The notes under the pieces are model-generated. The model saw only the letters and a program-made list of their open reading frames with translations, was not told where the DNA came from and searched no databases. 64,000 nucleotides of DNA from positions 372,001 through 436,000 of the forward strand of contig QPMI01000533.1 in the NCBI GenBank assembly GCA_004431415.1. The letters are read 5' to 3'. Both the position numbers and the translations under genes were made by a program. Position 1 is the first letter of the stretch. Each line of letters starts with the position of its first letter. This DNA comes from Cyanophora paradoxa CCMP329. Its lineage: Eukaryota > Plantae > Glaucophyta. This document shows positions 1 to 11,800 of this stretch, piece after piece.

Positions 1-3000
1 CCGCGCGCGAGCGCGGGGCGGGGAGGGGCGGGGCGGGGCGGGGCGGGGCGGGCCTCGTGGAGGAACGAGTGGGCGGCGTCGTGGTAGACGAGGAGGAAGA
101 AGCGGCCGACGTGGGGCCAGCTCCCGCACCGGTACTTCACGAACACGTCCTGCCCGCCCCGGCGTCAGGAGGGGGCGGGGCGGGGGGTGCAGGGCGGGGC
201 GGCCGCTCGCCTGGCGCTTGGCGCCGTTCTCGGTGCGGACGACGACGTTGGCGTGGGAGCAGCGGACGTGCTTGTAGCCGCGGCCCGCCGGGTCGAGCGC
301 CGCCAGCACCTGCTCCGCCGGCGTCGACGCCGCCGTCACCTCGATCCCCAGCCGCGTCTGTCCGCCGCTCCCGTCAGCGCGCTGGGGTACAATGCACTGG
401 GATGCAGGGCGGAGGGGGTACCTTGAAGAAGTCGTTCTCGGGGTGGTGGAAGCGGAAGGTGCGGTCGGGGGCGAAGGGCTGCCGGCGCGTCAGGGGAGGG
501 GGGGGGAAGGGGCGGGGGGTACGGGGCGGGGACCTGGGGGGCTACGTGGACGCGGACGACGTAGACGAGGCGGCCGGCGCGGTTGTAGAAGGAGACGTCC
601 GTCCGGCGCGGGCGGATCGGCTCGTCGGGGCCCTCCTCCGCGCCCCGCTCCTGCCGCCCACGCGGCGTCGCCTCCTCGCCCCCCGCCCCGCCGTCGCCCA
701 GCATCGCCGCCCGCAGCGTCCCGCAGCTGAAGCTCTGGAAGACGAACGGCACGTACACCGTCTCCCGCGCGTGCACCAGCAGCTGCGGGGGGTACCCCGT
801 CAGGTTGGAGGGGTGAAGAAGCGGGGCGGGGGTACCTCGTTGTGCTCGGAGACGAGGTCGTCCTCGAGCGGCGTCGTGAGCCCGCGCACGCGCTTGTGGG
901 CCCGCCACTCCTTCGTGTCCCGCACGATCCTGTACCCCCCGAGGGGGCCGTCGGCGGCGGCCGGGCGGGAGGATGGGGTACACCGCACTGGAGGTCGGGG
1001 TCGTCGAAGGAGATGATGAAGCAGTCGTCGTGGGGGTACGGGTTCACGAACGCGATCTCGAAGAAGCTGCGCGGAGGGGTACGGCGATCGCTTCGCGGCG
1101 CGGAGGCCACTGCCTCCAGGGGTACGCACCAGGTGCGGCCGAAGGAGGGGTAGATGGTGTGGACGGTGGTGAGGCTCTGCATGAGCATGTCCTGGATCAC
1201 CTGCTTCTTCCGCCTGCGTCCCGCCGCGCAGCGCCGCGCCGCTCAGCCGCGGCGGCTACTCGTTCAAAGCGTCGAGCAGGCGGAGCGCACCGCTCGCGCC
1301 AGTTCTGGATCGCGCGCAGGTTCCGCTCCCGCTGGCGAATTTCCTGCTCCCGCGCCATAGGCCGCCTCTCCACCCCCGACCTGCGCGGAGCCCGTCCTTC
1401 AGACCCCGCCGGCCTGCGCCCCGTACCCCCTTCCGGGATTGGCGTACCCCTCCGAGTCGGCGTAGCGCGACTCCTCCTCGCGGATCGCGTCGGCGAGCTC
1501 CCGGTCGCTCTCCTAAACGACCCGGGTTCGAATCCCGGCGAGGGAGTTCGGAGAAGAGAGCGGGCGAGCGGGCAGACCTTGACGGGCCGCGCGCGGTGCG
1601 TGCGGACGCGCCCTGGCTCCGTGGGGACCTCCGTCCCGAGGCGGGAGACAGGGATGACGGCCAGCGAGGAGCGCACGCGGGGCGCCGCGGGCGCGGGGCG
1701 CCCCTCCCCGTCCTTCGCAGGCCTGGGGCCCTCTGCGCCCCCCGCGGATCAGAGAATGAAGGGCGAAGTAAAGGGAGCCGGCGCCGCGGACGGACCGCTC
1801 ATGTGGCCCTCGTTGGAGATGCGGAGCTGCAGGCGCCCACGGGCCTGCGGGGCGCCGTGCGCCTTGTACACGGGCCCCGGCGTCGCGTTGACGCCCCCGG
1901 GCCGCAGCGGCGTGCTGCGCGCCGACAGCCCGTCCTCCTCCTCCGGCGGCGGGCCGTACGGCGTGTGCACGATCTCGAACTCTGCCGGCGCGCCGTCAGC
2001 TGCAGGGGCGCCCGGAGCATCGCGGTACCCCCCTGCGGACCCTGCGTGATCTGTACCGCCTCCTTGTGCTTGCGCATGAGCGACTTGAGCGGGATGCGGA
2101 CGGTGCCTGCCCGCCGGCGTCGGTCGGGAGGGAGGGAGGGGTACGAGGTCTCGGGGCCGAGGGGAGGGGTACCGATAAGGAAGAGCGAGGTGGCGTCCCA
2201 CACGTCAATCTCGAGGGCCTTGTCCCGCAGGTACTGCGAAGGGGGTTACGACGTTAGGTTCAGCGGGCGGGAGAAAGATTGGAGAAAGGGGGTACCTCGG
2301 CGAAGACGCGGCACTCGTCCGCGCGCGCGAACTTGGGCAGGTCGACCTGCGGCCCCGGGTTCGATTCCGGGCGGGAACCGTTTCGAAGAGGAGAGGGATA
2401 CGGCGCGCCTTGTACTTGATGGGGAGGCCCGGGCCGTCGCTGTTCTCCTGCTCGGCCGAGCGGACCAGGATGCGCGGCGCCGTGGGCGGCGCCGAGGCCG
2501 CCGGCTTGGCCAGCATAAGGGGCTCCGTGACCACTGGGGCGTAGTGGTAGAACTGCAGGGCGGACCAGCGTCACGCAGCGGCGCGGCCGGCGGAAAGGGA
2601 CCCGCGCGGGTTCGAACCTGGAACGTGAAGTAGACGGACTGGGGGGCGTTGCTGTGGGCGGGGGGGGCGAGCGCGAGAAAGTGGATCGTGATGTCGTTCC
2701 TCTGCGGGGTACCGGTTTGTCCCCGGGGTACCGGGGTACGGTCTACTCGGGGGTACGCGGACCTGCCGGGGATCGTTCTCCTCGAGGAGCACGTCGGCAG
2801 TGCGGGGGCTCCGCGGGTACTCGGATCTGAGGACGAAGGGGGACGTGAGGGGCAGCGAGGTGGGGGCCAAGGGAAGGGGGCGCGCATTACGCGGAGGGCG
2901 GCGATGGGGTGGCGGGCGACGGCGCCGGCGCCCTCCTCGTCCTCGGGGGGCGCCTCCCCCGCGTCGGTCAGGCCCGCCTTCCACAGGCGCGCCCGGCCCG

Positions 3001-5680
3001 CCCGCGTCAGGGCCCCCGCCTGGCCCCCGGCCTCTGCCCCCGCCCGCCGTCAGCACCGGCGGCCGCGGCGGGGCCCAGGCCCGGGACGGGTACGGCGCAC
3101 GGTCGGAGACGAACGCGGCCTCGGGGATCGAAGCGTAGAGGCGGGAGCCGTCGAGGGACATCGACGCCGTCAGCTCCGTCTCCTCGGGGTCCCTGCGCCG
3201 GCGTCAGGCGGGGGCGGGGCAGGGAGGCGGGCGGGGCGGGCGCACGTCTGGGTGCCGGTCTCCTCCAGATCGACCTTGCGAGCGGGCACGAGCGGCCGCA
3301 TCGCTTCCCACACGCGCCCGCCCTCCGCCGGCGGCGCAGGCACAGGGGCCGGAGCGGCGAGGGGCTTGCTGACGTGCGCCGGCGGCTGCGGGGCGGGCGC
3401 CAGGGAGGGCGGGGAGGGCGGCGTGGCGGGCTTGGAGACGGGCTTCGGGGGGGTGGGCGCCTTCGGAGGCGTGGGGGGCTTGGCGGCTGGCGGCGGGGTA
3501 GGGGCCTTGACGGCCTTCGGGGGGGTAGGGACCTTCGGTTGGGGCTGGGGCGGCGTGGCGGCCTTTGGCAGCTCGGGCTGCGGCGTTGGGCCCCGCGGCG
3601 GCGTCGCCTTTGCCGCGGCGGGTACAGCCGCCGGGGAAGGGATCCGCTTGGGCTCCGGGGGGTACCGCGGCGGCGGCGTGGCGTCCTTCTTCGGGGCGGG
3701 GGCGGGGGCGGGGACGGGCCGCGGGGGGGTAGGGAGGAGCGGGCCCTCGTCGCCCACCGGCTTCAGGTCGAACGAGATCCGCAGTGCGTAGTCCGCGGGA
3801 TCGAACGCCGCGCCGCTCCTGGGGGTACATCAGATGACGGGCGGGTGCGAGCAGCGGGGGGGAAGGCTCACTCGGCGGCCTTGGCGGCGGCGGCCTGGAG
3901 CGCGGCGTTCGGGGCGCAGAGGAGGCCCGAGGGGGAGGCGCCCGGGCCCGAGCGGAGGGGGAGGGAGGCCGGCCCCGCGCGGAAGCGGAAGCCGCGGTCG
4001 AAGGGGACGAACGGGCACCAGCCGAGGGACAGCGAGCGGTAGACGCTCGTCGGGCCGTGCGGGCCCGTCGTCGGCACCGACACTGCGGGCGGCTCGACGG
4101 GAGCGGGCGGGCGGGCCGGCGGGCGGGCGGGGCGGCGCACCGGTGCACTCCAGCTCGAACACAAGGAGTACGAGGATGTCCCGTGGCACGTTGGGCACGC
4201 TCAGGACTCCGTCGAACGCGAGCGTTGTCGGCTTGTCCTTCTCACCGGCGGCCCCGCCCGCGTCGCCGGCGCCGGCGCCGTTTCCGCTCGCCTCGATCTC
4301 GACGGTCGTCGGGTGGCGGACGAAGGTGCAGCCGTTGTGCACGCCGACGCGGAGGCGCCGGGAGGAGAGGGAGACGCGGCGGGCGTCCTCGGGCGGGGCG
4401 CCCTGCTCCTCGATCCGGAGGCGGTTGAGGAGGGCGCAGAGCGCCTCCTCGAAGGCCGCCGGCAGCGCGACGCGCAGCGCGTAGAGGCCGCAGCCGGCCG
4501 TCGTCGTCAGCTGCACCGGCTCCAGCTGCGTCTCGACCATGCCGCTGCGCGCGTGAATCCCGTCAGGGGCGGGCGGACATCGCGCGCGCGCTGGAGGGAG
4601 AATGGCGCACGGAGTCATCGCGGCGTGGTACGAGAGGGAGGGGCGGCCGGAGCGGTCGAGGCGGAGAATTCCCGGGATCAAATCCAGCTCGTCAAAGAAG
4701 CAGTTGGCCGGCACGAGGTGCATCCCCGGCTGCGCGGCGCCGCGTGGGAAGGGGCGGGCGCCGCAGCAGACTCGCCTCGCACCTTGAAGCTGTAGTGCGT
4801 CTGCAGCAGCGTGCGGATGAGGCAGCGGTCCTTGTCAACGGGCGCCATCGACTTCTCTGCTCGCGCGCGTCGGCGGCGGCGACGGTGGCGGGACGAGCAG
4901 CGGGCGGCTGCGGACCGTACGGTTCGTCGACGAGGAAGAGCTGTCGAGGCGTGCCGCAGCAGAGCGGCGACTCGAGCAGCGGCGCCTGGTCCGCGTCCTC
5001 GTCCTCGTCCGCCGCCGTGTCCGTCACGCGGCTATACGCGGTTCTCTCGAAAGGCCGCAGGATCGTCCAACCCAGGCCCGCCTCCCGCACGGCTCCGCTC
5101 GCTCCGCTGCGAACTGCGCGGGGCGGGGCTCGGCGGGGGCCCGCAGGGGCCGCGCTGAGCGAGGCGCCCGGCGCACCGATGGCGACGAGCTCGACGATGA
5201 GCAGGCAGCGCGCGTCCAGCATCGGCGTGTGGAAGTAAGCCATCAGATCGAACTGGATCGGAACGCGGCTTCCTGGCAGCGTCACGTCGTCCGCCTCCTG
5301 GTTGGGCTTCTTGGTGGCGCTGACTGGCCGCGAGATGAAGGTGCTGCCGATGAAGCTGCGGCTGCCGCTGTGAAAGATCGACACCTGAACTCGGAACTGA
5401 ACAGAGGGCTTCTCCATCCCGGCGAGCTGCGCCGCGGGCGGGCGCCGCGGGTCAGCAATATTCGAATCCGAACCGCGACGCGCCGCACCAGGTTTTTCGA
5501 GATGGGCACGCCATCGGCGGATTCTATCGTTAGCCTGTATGGCGTGCTGGACTTCGAGACGCGGATGCCCGCGTCGCTCGGCACGGGCAGGTGCTGCCAA
5601 CGCTTCTGGACCTTGCCCCACCTCTCGAGCGTCAGGCCCTGGTGGTCCTGGCCGACGAAGCTTGCGTGCTCCAGGGCCAT
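1..5680 (-). CDS. NPHP4: Nephrocystin-4 (ciliary transition-zone protein), multi-exon; 3' end runs off the left edge of the window
   Basis: Spliced exons give NPHP4-like blocks: QFRVQVSIFHSGSRSFIGSTF, IQFDLMAYFHTPMLDARCLLIVELVAIG, NDITIHFLAL..SVYFTFQFYHY, ALEIDVWDATSLFLIGTVRIPLKSLMR, FFEIAFVNPY..IVRDTKEWRAHKRVRGLTTPLEDDL, LLVHARETVYVPFVFQSF. ATG at 5680; many short introns. Confidence 0.9.
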
Positions 5681-5857
5681 GGTTGGGCTGCTGGCTGCGG
5701 GCTGCAGCTGGCTCCCTCAAGGCGCGCCAAGGCAGACTTCAAAACTTTGACCCCCGGTAGGGGACATCCTGGAGAGGGGTACGATACTCTCGAGTAGCCA
5801 GCTCGGTGCGCAAGCGACGAATGAAGCCCGGCTAACGCGCACTGAAGAGCACGCAAG
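5681..5857. promoter_or_regulatory. Putative bidirectional promoter between NPHP4 and the divergent gene
   Basis: Only 177 bp separate the two opposed start codons (5680 on -, 5858 on +). Confidence 0.45.
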
Positions 5858-8800
5858 ATGGCGGGTGCGTTGGCACGGAAAGCCCGCGCGGCGTGCGAGA
5901 TCGCCGCCCGCGTGTGTGACCCGATTCCGGCAGACACGGGGTGGGTGTCGCCCGTGGGCAGCCCGATACGCGACGACAACGCACAAGACGAACGCGAGCC
6001 GCACGGAGAGCCCGTGAACGATGGACCACTCGGCGAGCTGCATGGATCGGCAGCGGCCGCAACGAGCAGCTGGTACGCTGCAGTGCTCCCGGCATGCGCG
6101 CTGTCGTGGGCAATGACCGCGGCGGCCCCATCCAGGCACGATTCCTCGTCATGGGCAGCGACCGCCTCGCCTGCCCACGCGGCGAGTGCTGCGCACAGCT
6201 CAGCGGCTGAGCGGTCGGCAACGGACTGCGGGACGATTCGCCCCGCTTCCTTCCGCCCCGTGGCGCTCGCCGGCGGCGAAGCGGAGATGGAAGTAGACGA
6301 GGAGGGTGGCGTCCCGCTGCACATCGCGCGGCCGGCGCCGCGCCGCCGCGCTCGCGACTGGGGGTACGAGGCGATTGCCGAGATAGCCACTCCGCCGTCG
6401 GTCGCCGCCTCTGCCTCCGCTCGGGTCCGCGCTCGCCACCCCGCCCGCCCCGCCCCTCGCCGACCCGCGAAGCAGCCGCAGCCGCCGCCGCCGGAGGAAG
6501 ACCGGATCTCGAAGCGCGCGCGCCCGGGGTACGATTCCTTCACGCGGCGCCTCATCGACTCGGCCCGAAGCCTTTTCGGCTCGCTCGCCACCGCGTCCGC
6601 CCGAACCCTCCCAGAAGACGAGGTACCCCCCTTGCTGCCTCTTCCCCCTTCTCCGACCGACGCGTACCCCGCGAAGCTGCTGTACGAGTACCGGAGGCGC
6701 TGGCGATGCGAAGCGCGCGTCGACGCGGAGGCCTCCGGGGTCGAATTCGGGCCCCTCGCGAGTCTCGTACCCCCCGGAGCGCTCCTCCCCGCCCAGCCGG
6801 GGTACTTCGCCTTCCCGCCGGATTTCGAGTACCGCGTCGCGAGCGTACCCCCTCCCTCCCCGCCCCAGTCCAGGCCCCATTTCCGCCCCGCCGCCCCGCC
6901 TGCCCGCGTTCTCTCCGCACCGGCCGCTCCCGCCCCCGCCCTCGTCGCTCCGCCCGCCGCCCCGCCCGCCCGCTTCCTTTCCGCACCCGCCGCCACCGCC
7001 CCGGCCGCCCCGCCCGCCCCCGCCCTCTCCCCTCCGCGCCGGCGACCCATATCCCCGCCCTCTTCGTCGAACGTATCCCCGCCCGCGAAGGTCCGCTCGC
7101 CTCCCGTACCCCGGTCCCGGCCTGCCGTATTCCGTACCCCTCTGATCCCGCGTCTCCCGCAGCGCGCCGCCGGGCCGTCCCTGTATGTCGACCGTCCCAT
7201 CTCTCCGCTCTCCGGCGCTTCGTCGTCCGTCGCGCCCGCGCCTGTTCCCTCGGCACCTTCATCGCCGGCGTTCGCCCCCGTCTCCCTGCCCCCTTCCGTT
7301 CGCCCGGCCGAAGCTCTCCTGGCGGCCGCCACTCCTCCTCCGGCCGCCCCGGCTCCGCCCCCGGCCGCCCCGCCCCGGCCGCCCCGCCCCGGCTGCGCCG
7401 CCCCCGGCTGCGCCGGTACTGGCCGCTCCGACAACGGCCGTCCCGGCTCTGCCGCCGGCCGCGTTGGCAACGGCCGCGCCGGCAACGGCCGCCCCGCCGC
7501 CAGTCGCCCCGGCGCCTGCTCCGCAGGCAGCTCCGCAGGCAGCTCCGCAGGCATCTCCGCCTGCCGCCGCCACGCCGACTCCGACGCCAGTCGCCTCGGT
7601 GGCATCTCCACAGGCACTCCCGGCTGTCCCACCGGCCGCCGCCCCACTGGTCGCCCCCCACCGCCGCCCGCCCCGCCCCCGCCCCGCCGCCGGCCGCCCC
7701 GCCCGCCGCGCCCCGCCCCAACGCCCTCGAACCCCTCCTGCCTTCTTACCCCTGTCGCCCCTCAAGCCCGCCTCCGCCCCCGCGGCCGCCCGGCCCGGCC
7801 CCGCCGCCCCGCCCGGGAGGGTCCCCCCTCGCCCAAGCCTGCACCCAAGCGTACGCCCCGCCCCCTCCCCCCACCTCATGCACCGTACCCCCTCAAGCGC
7901 GCCCCCCGCAGCGCTGCCGTTCATGCGGACTGCGCTTGGCGCCAAGCTCGCCTCGGGCTCGTTCAAGCCGCAAGCCAGCGACGTGACGCCGTACCCCCCG
8001 AACGCCGACGCCGCCGCCGGGCCCTCCGGGTCATCCGGCCAGGCCTCGGGGGCCTCGTCCTCGTCCTCGGCTGAGACGCCGGCCGCGCCGGCCGACTCAT
8101 CGTCGGCGCCGGCGGGCATGTCGTCCGACCCGCGGCCCCGGGGGGCCTCCCCTTCTTTCGCCGCGCCGGGCCCGGCCTCAGCTGCCGCTGCCGCTCCGGC
8201 GGCGCCTGCAGCTCCGGAGCCGTCCCCGGCGCAGCCTAGCGCACCGGCTCAGCCAGCTGCGGCGAAGCCGGCGGCAGCGCCGGGAGCGGCGGCGACGGCT
8301 GCGGCGCCTGGAGCGGCTGTGGCTGCCGCGGCGCCTGGAGCGGCTGCGCCGGGAGCGACGACGACGACGCCTGCGGCTAAGCCCGCGTCCGGAACGGCAG
8401 CGGCGGCCGCGGCGAAGGCGCCGGCGCCACCGGCGGCAGCGGCAGCGAAGCCTGGGCGCCATCCTCCTCGGCGACGGCGGCGGCGCAGCCGGCGGGAAGC
8501 CGGCGCCGAGCACTGCGTCCAGTTCAAAGGCCCCCGCGCCGCCGGTGGTGCAAGGGACGGCCGCAGCAGCGCCGGTGCAGGTGGCCAAGCCCGCGCCAGC
8601 GCCGGCGGGAGCGGCGGCAGCTGCGAAGCCCGCGGCGGCGGCGGCTGCGAAGCCCGAGGCGGCAGCGGCTGCGCCTCTGAAGCCCGCCCAGGCGGCTGCG
8701 GCAACGCCGGCCGTCGCCAAGCCGGCGACTGCGGCGCCGCCGTCGGCGGCAGCCTCAGCGAAGCCATCTGCGCCATTAGGAATGGCGGCGGCGAAGGCTC

Positions 8801-11800
8801 CTGCGCCGCTGTCGGCGCAGGGCGCGGCGGCGGTGGCGGCGGCGCCGACACCACCGGCGGCAAAGGCGGCGACTGCGGCGGCGGCGCCACAGGCGGCGAC
8901 TGCGGCGGCGGCAGTAAAGCCGGCGCCTTCGTCGGCGCCACCGGCGGCGGCGGCGGCGATGGCGACAGCGGCAGCGACATCGGCGCCGCCGGCTGCAAAG
9001 ACGGCGGCAGCAGCGCCATCAGCGGCAGCACAGTCGGCAGCGCCAGCAGCAAAGGCGGTGGCGGCAGCGACGCCGCCGGCGACGGCGCCGACAGCACAGC
9101 CGGCGGCACAGCCGGCAGCACAGCCGGCAGCACAGCCGGCGGCAAAGACGGCGGCGGCGCCTTCGTCGACATCGGCGGCTGCTGCGAAGCCCGCGGTGGG
9201 CAAGCCGCTGGGCCCTGCCCCGTGGGCCAAAGCGGCGGCCGGCGGCGCACAGCCTGCGGCCAAGGCCGTGGCCCTCCGGCGGCGGCCGCGGCCCTCCGGC
9301 GGAGCCGCTCACGCCCGCCCCCGCACCTCCCGCCCAGGCCTTGGCCCCAGCCAAGCCCGCCCCGCAAGCCGCCGCCAAGCCGCCGGCCGCGTCGGCGCCC
9401 GCCCCGCCAGCCGCCGGCCCGTCCGCCTCCGCCGCTGCTGCGAAGCCCGCGGCGCCCGCGGCGCGCCCCGCCACCGCTCCCGCCACCGCTGCGGCCCAGG
9501 CGCCCCCGCCAAAGCCGGCCTCGCCCGCCCCGGCGGACCGTGCGGCCTCCGCCGCCGCCGCCGCCGCCGCCGCGTCGTCGCCGTCGCCCGCCGCCGCGCC
9601 GCCCAAGGCAGCGCCCGCCGCCTCCTCCGCCTCCTCCTCATCCGCCCCGTCGACCTCAGCCAAGGCCAAGGCCAAGGCGCCAACCCAGGCTCAAGCGCAG
9701 GCGCCGGCACCTGCGCAGGTCCCGAGGCTCCGCGTCCCCGGCCCCGCCCCGCCGGCACCCTCGTCCGGTGCGGCTGACGCTTCCCTCTGCGCCCGCCTCC
9801 CTCGCCTTCTAACCGTCCCGCAGCCTTCGTCGCCGCCGCTGCGCCCCCCTCGAGGAACGGGCCCCCGGCGGACTCGAGCCCCGTCCGCGTCAAGCAGGAG
9901 CGCGAGGGCTCGGCCTCGCCACCTCCCCGCCTCGCCGCCCCCGTAGCCGTAGCCGTCAAGCTCGAGCCGTCGGAGGGAGAGGACGGAGAACGCGTACCCC
10001 CCGGCCAGAGCGGTGCGGCCTTGTTTCTTTTCTCGAGAGCGCGGTCCTACCGCCTGCCCCTTACCCCTGTTTTCGCCGCAGCCGAGCACGTGCTGCGCGA
10101 GAAGCTCAAGGCGCGCCTCGCCACCGGTGCCTTCCGGCCCCCCGTACCCCCCGGCTCCTCCCCCGAACCCGACCTCGCCCTGGTCCCCGCTCCGTCGCTC
10201 GCCCTGGCCCCGCCGCCGGCGCCCGTACCCGTCCCCGAGCCCCACCGGCAGCCCCTGGCCCGGGCCCTCGCCCTCTCCCGCGCCTTCCACGGGGATGCCC
10301 GCGTACCCCTCCGCGAGGTCCTCCGCCTCTGGCGGGGCAACGTCGGCCTGGAGGGGGTACAGCCCTTCTGGCGCGCCCTGCCCCCCGGGGCCCCCTACCG
10401 GAGCCTCGTCGGGGCGCTTCGTCGGCTGTACCCCGGCCAGCTGCGGCCGGCGGGGCTCCTGCGGGGCGGCCTCTCGTTCCGCCTTTGCATCGGTGCCGGC
10501 TCGGCGGCCGCCCCCGCCGCCTGCGCGGCCGGCCCCGGCGCGTGGGCCGAGCCGGCGGCCAACCCCCTCGCCGGGGCCGGCGAGGGCGGTCTACCCCCCT
10601 CCCCCTGGGGACCGTTCCTCCGCCGCCTCGTCGCTGTCCTCCGCGGCCTCCGGTTCGACCCCCGCCCGCCCCGCTTTCTCTCGCCCGCCGCCCTCACACG
10701 TACCCCCTTTCAGAGCGACGGAGGGCCCCGTGTTCGCGTACGCGTGCGTGGCGGAGGCGTGGGCGGACTACTTCGGTACCCCCCTGGCCCAAGAGGTGGC
10801 GGGGCTGCCGGGGTACGACGGCGCGTCCTGGCGGACGGCGATGAGCTCGGGGCGGGCGCTCTGCGCCCTGCTGGCCCCGGCCCTCAAGTTCGAGATCGCC
10901 GCCTCCGCCCCGGGCGCCCAGCCCGAGGCCTGCCTCCGCGTCCTGGTACCCCTCCCCCGTCCCTTCCTCTGCCCTGCACCCCCCTGAATCTTTCGTCCAG
11001 GGTACCCTGGCGCGGGCGGCGACCCGGAAGCTTCGGGAGTCGGCGGGTTCGGCCGGGGGCGAGGGCGACGGGCCGGATCCCTCCTTCGGGCCCTCCGAGG
11101 GCGAGGGCGAGGCCCCGGCCCCGTCCCCCCGCGCCGCTTCTTCCCCCCCTACCGGGACCTCCCCCGCGCCCGTGGCGCGGCCCGTCGCCCCCTCCGCGGT
11201 CGCTTTGAAGCCGACCCCGGTGCCCGCCGCCGCCGCGTTGGCGTCTACCCCCCCAGCGGCGCCCAAGCTGGCCCCCTCGCCCAAGCCCGGCCCGGCAGCG
11301 TCCGGATCCAAGCCCGGCCCGTCCGAGGCCGCCGCGGCGCCCAAGCCCGGCCCCAAGCCCGGCCCGTCCGAGGCCGCCCCGGCTGCCAAGCCGGCGGCCA
11401 AGCCCAGCCCGTCCGAAGCCGCACCAGCCGCCAAGCCGCGGCCAAGCCCGCGGCCAAGCCCGCGGCCAAGCCCGCGGCCAAGCCCGCGGCCAAGCCGGCG
11501 CCCGCCCCCGCCCCAAGCCCGCGCCTCCCGCCACCGCCGCGACGCCCTCGCCCCGGCCGAGGCCCCGCCGGCCGTATCCCTCGTCGTACCCCCCCTCACG
11601 TCCCCAAGGGGCCGCCCCGGCCCCCGCCCCCGCCTCGCCCCGAGGGCCGCCCCGCCCGTCCCCGTCCCCCCCGCTTCTCCCCCCCCAGCCTCGCCCTCCC
11701 GCCGACGCCTTACGGACTCCCAGCGCACCATGGTGCGCCTCCTTTACCCCCCTCCGATCCTGTCTGAGCGGCGCCTTCTCTCAGGTCGAGCGCCTGGCTG

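Noticed and set aside
7180-9950. Programmed frameshifting in the Ala/Pro-rich gene
   Set aside because: Frame switches fall in very GC-rich, run-containing sequence, and the satellite copies show homopolymer-length noise, so sequencing indels or unrecognised introns are simpler explanations.
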